Source: Spirochaetota bacterium
GTDB taxonomy: Bacteria; Spirochaetota; UBA4802; UBA5368
Assembly (NCBI GenBank): GCA_018263175.1
Contig: JADFDB010000002.1
Location: forward strand, 1-52,142
Length of the DNA: 52,142 bases
Direction: 5' to 3'
Within the stretch, counting starts at the first letter, position 1. Every line of letters begins with the position of its first letter. Positions 1-8,170 of the stretch are shown piece after piece. The notes beneath the pieces are model-generated. The model worked only from the letters and a program-made list of their open reading frames with translations. It was not told where the DNA came from and ran no database searches. The translations under genes were made by a program, and so were the position numbers.

Positions 1-1
1 G

Positions 2-286
2 ATGGGCCGTGTGCCCTTCGTTCATGCGCGGAACATCAGGCGGACCGGGGGGCGCAGTTTCCACGAAACCGCCCACTGCACGGAGTCGGGCGACGTGGAC
101 ATGTATCGCGTGGTACGGGAGCTCGCGGAAGCGGGCTTTACCGGCGCGGTGCGCCCGGATCACGGCCGGATGATATGGGGTGAAAAGGGGCGTCCCGGGT
201 ACGGCCTGTACGACAGGGCGCTGGGTGCGATGTATCTTGCCGGGCTCTGGGAGGCGACGAAAAAGTCACTTGATGGCACGATATAA
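2..286 (+). CDS. uxuA: mannonate dehydratase, C-terminal fragment (gene begins upstream of the window)
   Basis: Frame is open to the window edge. FHETAH..GDVDMY..VRPDHGRMIW..PGY order matches the conserved UxuA C-terminus. A LacI-type sugar regulator follows. Confidence 0.8.
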   Translation: MGRVPFVHARNIRRTGGRSFHETAHCTESGDVDMYRVVRELAEAGFTGAVRPDHGRMIWGEKGRPGYGLYDRALGAMYLAGLWEATKKSLDGTI

Positions 287-328
287 AGGGCGAATACTTG
301 TAGCCGGATTATACGGGAGATCGTCAGA

Positions 329-1330
329 ATGAAGACTAAAGTCGAAAGAGCGCGGCGGCTCAAGGATATAGCCAACCGTTGCGGCGTATCGATAAGCTCG
401 GTCTCGCGCGTGCTCAATAACGAGCCAGGCGTATCGGCGGAGACACGGAAGCGTATTCTCGCCGTCGCCGGGCAGCACGATTTCCGGCCGCGCTCGCGGA
501 AGCGCCATCTCACCCGCTCGATGCTCGACCTGCTCGTCGTGATTCCCGAGGAGGAGGAGCTTTCGGCCAATCCTTTCCTGAATATCTCCGAGCTCGTCGG
601 CGCGATCAATGAGGCCTTCAGGGAGGAAAAAAAGCGGGTGGAGATAGCGCCGATCGGCGATTTTATTGACTCGCTGGGCGGCGAGGCGGCCGGCGTGGAC
701 GGGGTCCTGTTCGCTTACCGGAGCGTTGAAGAGAAGTTCCGCGGGCGGCTCGTCGATCTCAGAATACCCTACGTGTTCATCAGCCGCGTCATCCCCGGCG
801 AAAATTACGTTTCATGTAATTATTACAAAAGTATGCTGAGCCTGACGCAGATGATGATCGAAACGGGGCACCGCAGGATCGGTTATCTCGGCAACGCCGG
901 CAATCCGAACAATACCGACCGCTGTCGCGGTTATTCCACGGTCATACGCGAGTCCGGCACGCAGGAGCCCATCAGCATTATGGTGGACTCCATATTCGGT
1001 GTGGACGAGAGCGCGGCGCGCGGTTTCATCGAAAAGGGATGCGATGCGGTTCTCTGTTTCAACGATTATATGGCGATCGGGCTGATAAATCATTTTCAGG
1101 CAATGGGTAGAAAGGTACCCGCCGATATTTCCGTAACCGGGTTCGACGATTCGCCGCTCCGGCGGGTTGCCGCGCCGCTTCTGGTGACGGTCCGCCAGCC
1201 GACCTCGGATATGGCCTTCCTGGCATCGCGCTGGCTTCGGGACAACATTCTCAACAAAAGCAACCGGCGCCTCTGCATCGAGGTGGAAGGGGAGATCATA
1301 GCGGGCGACAGCGTGAGGAAGCGAAATTGA
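329..1330 (+). CDS. LacI-family transcriptional regulator
   Basis: N-terminal HTH IKDIANRCGVSISSVSRVLNN, then a periplasmic-binding-protein-like sugar-binding core (GYLG..., VTGFDD). 333 aa. Confidence 0.9.
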   Translation: MKTKVERARRLKDIANRCGVSISSVSRVLNNEPGVSAETRKRILAVAGQHDFRPRSRKRHLTRSMLDLLVVIPEEEELSANPFLNISELVGAINEAFREEKKRVEIAPIGDFIDSLGGEAAGVDGVLFAYRSVEEKFRGRLVDLRIPYVFISRVIPGENYVSCNYYKSMLSLTQMMIETGHRRIGYLGNAGNPNNTDRCRGYSTVIRESGTQEPISIMVDSIFGVDESAARGFIEKGCDAVLCFNDYMAIGLINHFQAMGRKVPADISVTGFDDSPLRRVAAPLLVTVRQPTSDMAFLASRWLRDNILNKSNRRLCIEVEGEIIAGDSVRKRN

Positions 1331-1331
1331 T

Positions 1332-1727
1332 TCAGAAGCCCAGCGCGCGTGCCGAGGACCACGCCATGAACAGTCCGGCCGCGATGCGCAGGGCGGCGTC
1401 GATAAAGATGAGCCGGCGCCCTGCGGAGGCCGCCATGTCCGATGTGGCCGAGAGGAACATCACCCGGACCCTGTCCGCATAGATGAGTATGAACGGCCCG
1501 GTGAAGACGAGAAGCAATCCGAACGAGAACAGTATGCACCCGGCGGCGGAGCCGCCGGCGCAGGTGAGTGGAAGGCCCGCCGCGATCAGCATGCCCCCGT
1601 GAAGGAAAAAGAGACGATGGGCGATCCAGCGCCGCCAGAGCGCGAGCACCCGCAAAGGAGCGGCCACCTCGAGTGTGCCCATCAGCAGAAGGACTATTCC
1701 AAACGCCATAATGTAAATATTTAGCAT
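1332..1727 (-). CDS. small integral membrane protein, unknown function (about 4 TM segments)
   Basis: The ORF 1332..1976 was trimmed to the ATG at 1727 (MLNIYIMAFGIVLLL...), which has GGAAGGTG just upstream. The sequence is hydrophobic throughout. The longer N-terminal extension would run through repeat copy R1. Confidence 0.6.
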   Translation of the reverse strand: MLNIYIMAFGIVLLLMGTLEVAAPLRVLALWRRWIAHRLFFLHGGMLIAAGLPLTCAGGSAAGCILFSFGLLLVFTGPFILIYADRVRVMFLSATSDMAASAGRRLIFIDAALRIAAGLFMAWSSARALGF

Positions 1728-1899
1728 TGCCGCACCTTCCGGATCGTTCACCCATAAACGCGCCCGCGGGTCGAAAATCAAGCGAAAATCCTCCCTCAAC
1801 CGAAACAAAAAAATGATTGGTTTTTTTGTTTGACATATATTTCTTTTAAAACGCGAACTGAACACCGGCTTGAGCCTGGTTTTAATCGGGGAGGCTTCC

Positions 1900-1978
1900 G
1901 CGGTTGTCGCGTAACCGGGAAAGGCTTTTCCCCTCCTCCGCCGGGGAACGCCGGTTTTGTGACGAATCTTCCGCAAAC
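1900..1978 (+). repeat. extragenic palindromic repeat family, copy R1 (degenerate)
   Basis: 5' box GGTTGTCGCGTAACCGGGAA, hairpin TTCCCC-N9-GGGGAA (1928..1948), 3' box CGAATCTTCCGCAAAC. All three parts align by eye with copies R2-R6. The copy ends 10 nt before the ATG at 1988. Confidence 0.55.
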
Positions 1979-1987
1979 GAGGAAAGC

Positions 1988-3823
1988 ATGGCGATAGAGA
2001 GAAAAGAGATAATCAAATTCGCGAAAGCGAGAAAAAACCACGAGCTTGACGACACGCCGTCGCCCAACCTCTACCGGGACATCTTCCCCTACGACAAGGT
2101 GTGCCGCGTTCCGTTCGGGAACGAGATGATTCCCCTGGTGCCGGCGGGGAGATTTCGCATATCCGACACCACCTTCCGCGACGGACAGCAGGCGCGTCCC
2201 CCGTATACGGTCGATCAGATCGGGACCATTTTCGACTTCCTGCACCGCCTGTCGGGGCCGAACGGCCTCATCACGCATTCGGAGTTTTTCCTCTACACCC
2301 AGAAGGACCGCGAGGCGGTTGAGCGGTGCCGGAGCAAGGGATACGCCTTCCCGCGCATCACCTCGTGGATACGGGCGAACAAAAAGGACTTCGAGCTCGT
2401 CAAGCAGATGAATATCGAGGAAACGGGAATCCTGGCCTCGGTGTCGGACTATCATATCTTCCTGAAACTCAACAAGACCCGCCGCGAGGCCATGGAAGAT
2501 TACATGGAGATCGTCTACACCGCGCTCGAGAACAATATCATCCCGCGGCTCCATTTTGAGGATATAACCCGGGCCGATTTTTTCGGTTTTGTTATCCCCT
2601 TCACCCAGAAGCTGGTAAGGATAATGGAGAAGGGCAAGATCCCCATTAAGATCCGCCTCTGCGACACCATGGGTTATGGCGTGACCTACCCGATGGCCGA
2701 GCTCCCGCGTTCGGTGCCGAGAATGGTCCGCGCCATGATCGACGAGGGCGGGATGCCCGGTGAACTTCTCGAATGGCACGGGCACAACGACTTCCACCGC
2801 GGCTTCACCAACGCGACCTATGCATGGATGTTCGGCTGCGAGACCGTCAACACGACGCTCCTCGGCTTCGGAGAGCGTACCGGCAACACGCCGCTCGAGG
2901 CGATGGTCGTGGAGTATCTCTCGCTTACCGGCGACGATGAGGGCATCGACCTCACCGCGATCACCGACATGGCCCATTACTTCGAATCGATCGGCTTCAG
3001 GATCCCCGAGAACTTCCCGTTCGTCGGCGCCGATTTTAACGTAACACGGGCCGGCATCCACGTGGACGGGCTCGTAAAAAACGAGGAGATCTACAATATC
3101 TTCAACACCGAAAAGCTACTGAAGAGGCCGATCGCGATCGCGATAACCGACAAGAGCGGCACGGCGGGGATCTCGCGCTGGTTGAACAGCCATCTCGGCC
3201 TCGCCGGCGAGGGCTCCATCGACAAGAAGCATCCCGGCGTCGTCGGCATGCACAAGGAGATACTGAGGCAGTACGAGGCGGGCCGTGAGACCTCGATGTC
3301 GAACGAGGAGTTGGAGAAGCTGGCGCGCAAGCACCTGCCCGTGTATTTCATCTCCGAATTCGACCGGATAAAATTCCGCGAGAAGAAATACGCCTTTTCG
3401 CTGCTCGAGCTTTTTCTGGAGAACCCGGACATCAGATCGATGCAGTCGGAAAAGCAGGAGGTCCTGTTGCAGGAGCTCGTCGAGGAGTACCCCTTCGTGT
3501 CCTTCGCGTACGTGGTGGACACAAACGGCGACAAGGTGACCAGGCACATAACGCAGATCACCGACAGGTCGAAGTACGATAAAAACCTCATCGACAAGAA
3601 TTATTCGGACCGCGACTGGTTCATCAACGTGGTGAAGACCGGAAAGATCCATGTTTCGGACATCTTCACCTCGAAGATAACCGGAAGCCTGATGATAACG
3701 GTTTCCGGTCCGATCTCCGATACGAATGACACGCTTGTCGGCGTTCTGGGCCTCGATATACGGTTCGAGGACGTGGCCAAGATAGAGGATATGGAAGTGA
3801 GCGAAAGCACGCGGGGAAACTGA
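1988..3823 (+). CDS. HMGL-like (DRE-TIM) 2-oxoacid:acyl-CoA condensing enzyme of the homocitrate / Re-citrate / isopropylmalate synthase family, with a C-terminal Cache/PDC-like domain
   Basis: DTTFRDGQQ substrate motif and EWHGHNDF metal-binding HxH. SWIRA and SDYHIFLKL blocks are typical of the Re-citrate-synthase-like branch. The last roughly 150 aa (YVVDTNGDKV..YSDRDWF..GKIHVSDIFTSKITGSLMITVSGPI..GVLGLDI) look like a single Cache/PDC sensor fold. Start set at ATG 1988, with GGAAAG upstream. Confidence 0.85.
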   Translation: MAIERKEIIKFAKARKNHELDDTPSPNLYRDIFPYDKVCRVPFGNEMIPLVPAGRFRISDTTFRDGQQARPPYTVDQIGTIFDFLHRLSGPNGLITHSEFFLYTQKDREAVERCRSKGYAFPRITSWIRANKKDFELVKQMNIEETGILASVSDYHIFLKLNKTRREAMEDYMEIVYTALENNIIPRLHFEDITRADFFGFVIPFTQKLVRIMEKGKIPIKIRLCDTMGYGVTYPMAELPRSVPRMVRAMIDEGGMPGELLEWHGHNDFHRGFTNATYAWMFGCETVNTTLLGFGERTGNTPLEAMVVEYLSLTGDDEGIDLTAITDMAHYFESIGFRIPENFPFVGADFNVTRAGIHVDGLVKNEEIYNIFNTEKLLKRPIAIAITDKSGTAGISRWLNSHLGLAGEGSIDKKHPGVVGMHKEILRQYEAGRETSMSNEELEKLARKHLPVYFISEFDRIKFREKKYAFSLLELFLENPDIRSMQSEKQEVLLQELVEEYPFVSFAYVVDTNGDKVTRHITQITDRSKYDKNLIDKNYSDRDWFINVVKTGKIHVSDIFTSKITGSLMITVSGPISDTNDTLVGVLGLDIRFEDVAKIEDMEVSESTRGN

Positions 3824-3844
3824 GTCGTTCCGTGCCGGCGGCCC

Positions 3845-3896
3845 GTGAGCGGCGTGATCGCGGGCGCCGCTCACGGTGCGAACCGGGCCGGTTTTT
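3845..3896. terminator. hairpin pair between convergent genes (probable terminator region)
   Basis: Perfect 10-bp stem GTGAGCGGCG (3845..3854) / CGCCGCTCAC (3865..3874). It is followed by AACCG-GGC-CGGTT plus a T-run (3881..3896) on the plus strand. Confidence 0.5.
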
Positions 3897-3905
3897 ACGT
3901 CCCTT

Positions 3906-4136
3906 TTAAATATGCCGTTCGATCGATTCGATCAGCGCTTCCTCGACTTCGTCGAGCAAGGCAATCCGGTCTTCAAATGGAAGCGATTCGAACGGTCGGA
4001 AGTGCTCCACTCCCTCGTCACCGCTCTCCCCTACCACGGGGGATGAGTCGGTGGCGTCAACCGAAATGGCCGCGCAGACCGTCACCACCATGCCGTTTAT
4101 CCGGCGCCGCGTTGTTATATTTAGCACTGTCCTCAT
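3906..4136 (-). CDS. hypothetical small acidic protein (76 aa)
   Basis: The ATG overlaps the stop of the upstream hydrolase gene by 4 nt (ATGA), suggesting translational coupling. No family recognised. Confidence 0.4.
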   Translation of the reverse strand: MRTVLNITTRRRINGMVVTVCAAISVDATDSSPVVGESGDEGVEHFRPFESLPFEDRIALLDEVEEALIESIERHI

Positions 4137-4939
4137 CGAGATACCCGTTTATTCCGAGGCCGCTCGTCGTTCCCGGCATGGGTGCCGATCCAGGGAAGGA
4201 TTTCGCTCCTGAGGAGATCGAGGTCTTCGCCGCGCGTAAGGTTGTGATCGCCGTCGGGGACAAGGAGGACCCTGTGGCCGGCCGCAAGGGAGTCGTTCAG
4301 GATGCGGGCGTTCCGGACATCGACTACGGTGTCGAGGGCCCCGTGGATGACGAGAACGGGCGCACTGATCGAGCGCATCGCCCGGGGTATGTCGAGCGCA
4401 AGTGCCTCGTGAAAGAATTCGTTATGAACCGGGATGCCGTCGATGACGGTCGTGCCGTTCTCCGGAAGGTTTTTGAAATCACTATCTCCCGACAGCGTCG
4501 CGATGAGCGCCGGGAGATCGACCGGGGTCGCGATGAGGCTCAGGGAGCGCAGACATTCAGGCCGCGAGGCGGCGTAGAGCAGCGCGACGACACCCCCCAT
4601 GCTCGACCCTATGAGGTGCAGGAATCGGACGCCCCGCGTCAGGAGAAAGCGCGCGGCCGTCTCGAGCTCACGGACCTCCTGCCGAATCGAGAATTTGAGG
4701 AAGCTCTGCGGCATCCCGGACACGAACGAAAAGTCGAAGGTTAAAAGGGTGAAACCGGCCCCGGTGATATCGCCCGCAAGGTTCAGGATTTTATACGCGT
4801 CCTTCGAGGAAAAAAACCCGTGGCAAAAGATGACGCCGCCGTACGAGAGGCGGTCCGGATGATACAGGCGCCCTTCGAGGCGAACGCCCCGGTCGCTTAG
4901 AAACTGTATTTCCTCGGTGTTCATGTCGATTAAGGCCAT
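4133..4939 (-). CDS. alpha/beta-fold hydrolase
   Basis: Nucleophile elbow GSSMGG, VIHGALDTVV (Asp) and DGDHN (His) in canonical order. 268 aa. Confidence 0.85.
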   Translation of the reverse strand: MALIDMNTEEIQFLSDRGVRLEGRLYHPDRLSYGGVIFCHGFFSSKDAYKILNLAGDITGAGFTLLTFDFSFVSGMPQSFLKFSIRQEVRELETAARFLLTRGVRFLHLIGSSMGGVVALLYAASRPECLRSLSLIATPVDLPALIATLSGDSDFKNLPENGTTVIDGIPVHNEFFHEALALDIPRAMRSISAPVLVIHGALDTVVDVRNARILNDSLAAGHRVLLVPDGDHNLTRGEDLDLLRSEILPWIGTHAGNDERPRNKRVSR

Positions 4940-4959
4940 AGTATGAATAGACTTGTTTA

Positions 4960-5040
4960 CTATCTTGCAGATATTCGTTTTCTTCCCGCCGCAGGCGGGA
5001 AGAAAAACGGATTAATTCCAAGTAAGGCACCAACTCTACT
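4960..5040 (-). repeat. extragenic palindromic repeat family, copy R2
   Basis: Read on the minus strand: TAGAGTTGGTGCCTTACTTGGAATTAATCCG, then hairpin CGTTTT(T)CTTCCCGCC-TGC-GGCGGGAAGAAAACG (4976..5009), then CGAATATCTGCAAGATAG. It ends 20 nt before the hydrolase ATG. Confidence 0.75.
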
Positions 5041-5142
5041 ATAGCGCATCGTATCGAATGTGCCGGCACGACGGCTCCTGGAACTGCGTAGCAAACCTCG
5101 GGTGAATGGACAATATAATTTTTTATTTTAATCAATTTTTAA

Positions 5143-5225
5143 TAGAGTTGCTGCATAACTGACCGATACGGCCGGTTTTTCCCCGCCTGCGGCGGGAAAA
5201 ACCCGACATTCCCGATATTTGCAAC
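5143..5225 (+). repeat. extragenic palindromic repeat family, copy R3 (inverted relative to R2)
   Basis: TAGAGTTGCTGCATAACTGACC, then hairpin GGTTTTTCCCCGCC-TGC-GGCGGGAAAAACC (5173..5205), then CGATATTTGCAAC. Confidence 0.75.
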
Positions 5226-5255
5226 AGGTCTCGCGCTAGAACGCCGGCAGAGCGG

Positions 5256-5717
5256 CTATGGAGACTTCGCGAGGCGGATCTCGGGCTCAAAATAGCCGTC
5301 AGAGGAGCGGCCGTCTATGACCATTCTGACGGGGGAAAGCTGGAGTATCGGCGTCTTGCCGCCGCCGGGGAAAGCGGCGCGGAAGACAAAGTAGGTCGAT
5401 GATGTTTTGGTAAAGCCGGTTCTGCTCGAGGGGGAGAAAGAATTGCAGTCGTTCTTCATCTCGTAGATGTTGATCCTGATTGAATGGTCATCTTCTATGG
5501 AGTAGATGCCCTTGAAAATGACTGCGCTCGTGTTGAGGTGTATGATGCAGACCGACCGGTAATTTTTATAAAACTGGAAGGTATAGCCGTAGTTTCCCTT
5601 GTAAATAAGGCGCCAGGTGCCGAGAAGCCGGGCGGCCTGGAGCGTATCGGCGGCACCGGGGCCCGCGAGGAGCGCGACCGAGGCGATGATAAAAAGTGAG
5701 GCGAACCGTTTCATCAT
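5256..5717 (-). CDS. secreted hypothetical protein (signal peptide, beta-rich)
   Basis: MMKRFASLFIIASVALLAGPGAA signal-like N-terminus. The ORF 5256..5738 starts on TTG, so it was trimmed to ATG 5717. No family recognised. Confidence 0.6.
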   Translation of the reverse strand: MMKRFASLFIIASVALLAGPGAADTLQAARLLGTWRLIYKGNYGYTFQFYKNYRSVCIIHLNTSAVIFKGIYSIEDDHSIRINIYEMKNDCNSFSPSSRTGFTKTSSTYFVFRAAFPGGGKTPILQLSPVRMVIDGRSSDGYFEPEIRLAKSP

Positions 5718-5781
5718 GCGCGAAGCGTACAGGGACAACCGGCTTTCCGCAATTCTTTTATGAAAGGCGACGTATCCCGGC

Positions 5782-8034
5782 CTACACCGTCGTCAGGGGC
5801 CGTTCGCCGAGCCGCCGTACGACCTCGCCGGGGATTTCGGTGATCCGTTCGCAGCCGGTGAGAATCATCGCCTGCTCGAGCTCGCGTTTGAGCCCGTTAA
5901 GATAGAAGCTGACCCCGCGCGAACCCATCCCGACCGCGGCGATCGCCACCGGGCGGCCGATGAGCACGTAGTCCGCGCCCAGGGCCAGCGCCTTGAGAAC
6001 GTCCACGCCGGTGCGGAAGCCCCCGTCGATCATGATGCGGATGCGTCCGCGGACCTCGCGTACGATCTCCTCGATGACGTCCATCGTGCCGGCCATCTCG
6101 TCGAGTACGCGCCCCCCGTGGTTGGAGATGACGATGCCGTGTGCCCCCGACTCGACCGCGAGGACCGCGTCGCGCACCGTCATGATCCCCTTCAGAATAA
6201 ATGGAGCGCGGGTGGAGCCGATGAGCTCCTTGAGATCCGACGGGCTCTTGGGGCCGACCGCCTGATTTTTCATCGTCATGGTCTTGAAAACGACGGCATC
6301 GATGTCCATTCCCACGGCGACTGCGTTGACCCGTTCAGCGGCGTCGATCCTCAGCATGATTTCCCTGTTGTCGGCCCTGGGCTTGAAAATGGGGACGCCG
6401 GCGCCCTGGGCCTCCGCGAGGGCCTGCAGGCCGATCTTGTATTTGTCCGGTGTGGCGCCGTCGCCGACGAAGGCGATGGTGCCGGCCTCCATGCAGCCCT
6501 GGACGACCGCGCGGTTGTATTCGAGCTCGTCCATGGCGCCGCCCATGTTGGTGACGCTCCCCGTAATCGGGGCCGCCATCACGGGCAGTGTGAGCGGTGT
6601 CCCGAAAAAGGACGTGGAGGTGTCCGGACTCGTGACGGCGTGTATGATTCTCGTGTTGATCTTATACCCCTGGAAGGCCTCGCTGTTGCGCCGGAACGAA
6701 GCGCCGGTCCCGGCACCGCCCATGCCGGGGACCCCCGTGGGGCAGTCCCGCCCGTCGCAGGTCTTGCAGGCGTAGCAGGACTTTTTGAAGCGCTCGCGGG
6801 CGGCCACGCGGATGACCTCCATGGAGAGTTCGGCCTCCTCAAAGACCTCTATGGACAACACGTCGTGACAGCGCCGCACCGCCTCCTCCGCTTCTACGAG
6901 CGTGCCGGCGACGGCTATGATGTGTCCTGATTTTTCCACGTTGGAACGCGGCTCGAGTACGCGGTCGCCGGGTTTGACGTTTATGAAGATTTCGACGATC
7001 CCCGGGATTTTCAGCGCTTCCTCGATGCCGTTCACGCGGCGAACGATGCCCGGCCGGGTGATGATCGCGCGTTCGATCGCCACGCGATGGTGCAGCGGTT
7101 CGAGGTTCCCCGGCTCCTGCCCGAGCGCGATCTCGATCGCGGTGCGGATGAGGTCGACGCCGCTCGAGAGCGGATAGGTATAGGCGGACATGAAGCCGCC
7201 GGACAGCCGCGCGGCGAGCTCCCCGATCATCGGTCCGTGAGGGGTGAGCTTGATGTCGCCCTTCGCGCAGCCGTTGTCGATCCCGAGGGCGCGAATGCCC
7301 TTTTTCATGACTTCACAGGCGGCATGCTGCAGATCTTCAGAAAGCTGTGAGGGCATGGTATGGCCCGTTTCGACGAAGTAGGGCGCGCGTTCGATTATCC
7401 TGTCGGCGACCCCGGTGATGCTGATCTCTCCTTTGTACACGACCGCGTCGATGGAGAGTTCGGGCCCGTCCATGAATTCCTCGATGATGAGCTCGCCGCT
7501 CGGCGAGGCCGCTTTGGCGAACTTAAAGGCGTCGGCGATCTGCGTACGGTTGTCGATGCGCATTACGCCGCGCGCGCCCATGTTGTCGGTAGGCTTGAGC
7601 ACGAGCGGGAACGAGAGTAGCTTGCAGGCCTTTTTGGCGTCCGAGAGGGACCAGACGGGAAGAAAATTGGGACAGGGCACGTTATGGGCCGTAAAGCGCA
7701 TGCGCATTTTGAGCTTGTTGGTGGACGCCTCGGCATCGTCGAACTTGATGCCGGGAAGCCCGAGAGCGTTGGCCACCGCCGCCACCGTCATCGAGGCGTC
7801 GGTCCCCACGGTGAGGACCGCGTGTATGGGCGTAATCTCGTTCTGGGTCTTCGCCGCGCGGACCGAGCCCTCGATATCGCGCGTGGACATAACGATCGGG
7901 ATATCCGCGTATTTCATCCCGAGGGCGTTGGGATTGTAGTCGGTTACGACGACCTGGTGGCCCATTTTTTTCGCGGCCTGGACGGCCGGTGTCTGTAAAA
8001 GGCCTCCGCCGATTATCATGATGGTCTTTTTCAT
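5782..8034 (-). CDS. fusion protein: N-terminal ATP-grasp ligase domain plus C-terminal FMN-dependent alpha-hydroxyacid oxidase/dehydrogenase-like domain
   Basis: The N-terminal roughly 400 aa has an ATP-grasp layout (IIGGG.., FPLVLKPTDNMGARGV, IIEEFMDGPELSID). A Cys-rich linker CYACKTCDGRDC follows. The C-terminal part carries GIVISNHGGR and DGGFRTGVDVLKALALGADYVLIGRP, hallmarks of the glycolate-oxidase/LldD family. The ORF is uninterrupted over 750 codons. Confidence 0.85.
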   Translation of the reverse strand: MKKTIMIIGGGLLQTPAVQAAKKMGHQVVVTDYNPNALGMKYADIPIVMSTRDIEGSVRAAKTQNEITPIHAVLTVGTDASMTVAAVANALGLPGIKFDDAEASTNKLKMRMRFTAHNVPCPNFLPVWSLSDAKKACKLLSFPLVLKPTDNMGARGVMRIDNRTQIADAFKFAKAASPSGELIIEEFMDGPELSIDAVVYKGEISITGVADRIIERAPYFVETGHTMPSQLSEDLQHAACEVMKKGIRALGIDNGCAKGDIKLTPHGPMIGELAARLSGGFMSAYTYPLSSGVDLIRTAIEIALGQEPGNLEPLHHRVAIERAIITRPGIVRRVNGIEEALKIPGIVEIFINVKPGDRVLEPRSNVEKSGHIIAVAGTLVEAEEAVRRCHDVLSIEVFEEAELSMEVIRVAARERFKKSCYACKTCDGRDCPTGVPGMGGAGTGASFRRNSEAFQGYKINTRIIHAVTSPDTSTSFFGTPLTLPVMAAPITGSVTNMGGAMDELEYNRAVVQGCMEAGTIAFVGDGATPDKYKIGLQALAEAQGAGVPIFKPRADNREIMLRIDAAERVNAVAVGMDIDAVVFKTMTMKNQAVGPKSPSDLKELIGSTRAPFILKGIMTVRDAVLAVESGAHGIVISNHGGRVLDEMAGTMDVIEEIVREVRGRIRIMIDGGFRTGVDVLKALALGADYVLIGRPVAIAAVGMGSRGVSFYLNGLKRELEQAMILTGCERITEIPGEVVRRLGERPLTTV

Positions 8035-8170
8035 GGGGACCGCCTGTTCACGCGTAGGGTGTGCGGCTATTCCGGGTTATGTCACACTGTGTCTATATTT
8101 TCGGAGTGAGGGAACGATTTATTGATCTTTTTCTTCTGCGGGCCGGGCAAATAGTGAGCGAGGAATGGAC

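Noticed and set aside
1830-1858. TTGACA at 1830..1835 as a -35 box for the HMGL-Cache gene.
   Set aside because: No acceptable -10 hexamer lies at 16-19 nt spacing. The only A/T-rich hexamers are 9-11 nt away.
3845-4744. A 299-aa plus-strand ORF overlapping the small ORF and the hydrolase gene.
   Set aside because: It is antisense to an alpha/beta hydrolase with an intact catalytic triad order. It begins inside a terminator hairpin and has a low-complexity Arg/Pro-rich product.
5078-5094. CTGGAACTGCGTAGCAA between R2 and R3 resembles a sigma54 -24/-12 promoter, with GG and GC at the correct spacing.
   Set aside because: It has two mismatches in core positions (TGGAAC for TGGCAC, TAGC for TTGC). 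It points on the plus strand toward the 3' end of a minus-strand gene with nothing to transcribe, and no enhancer-binding protein gene is nearby. Chance is the likelier explanation.
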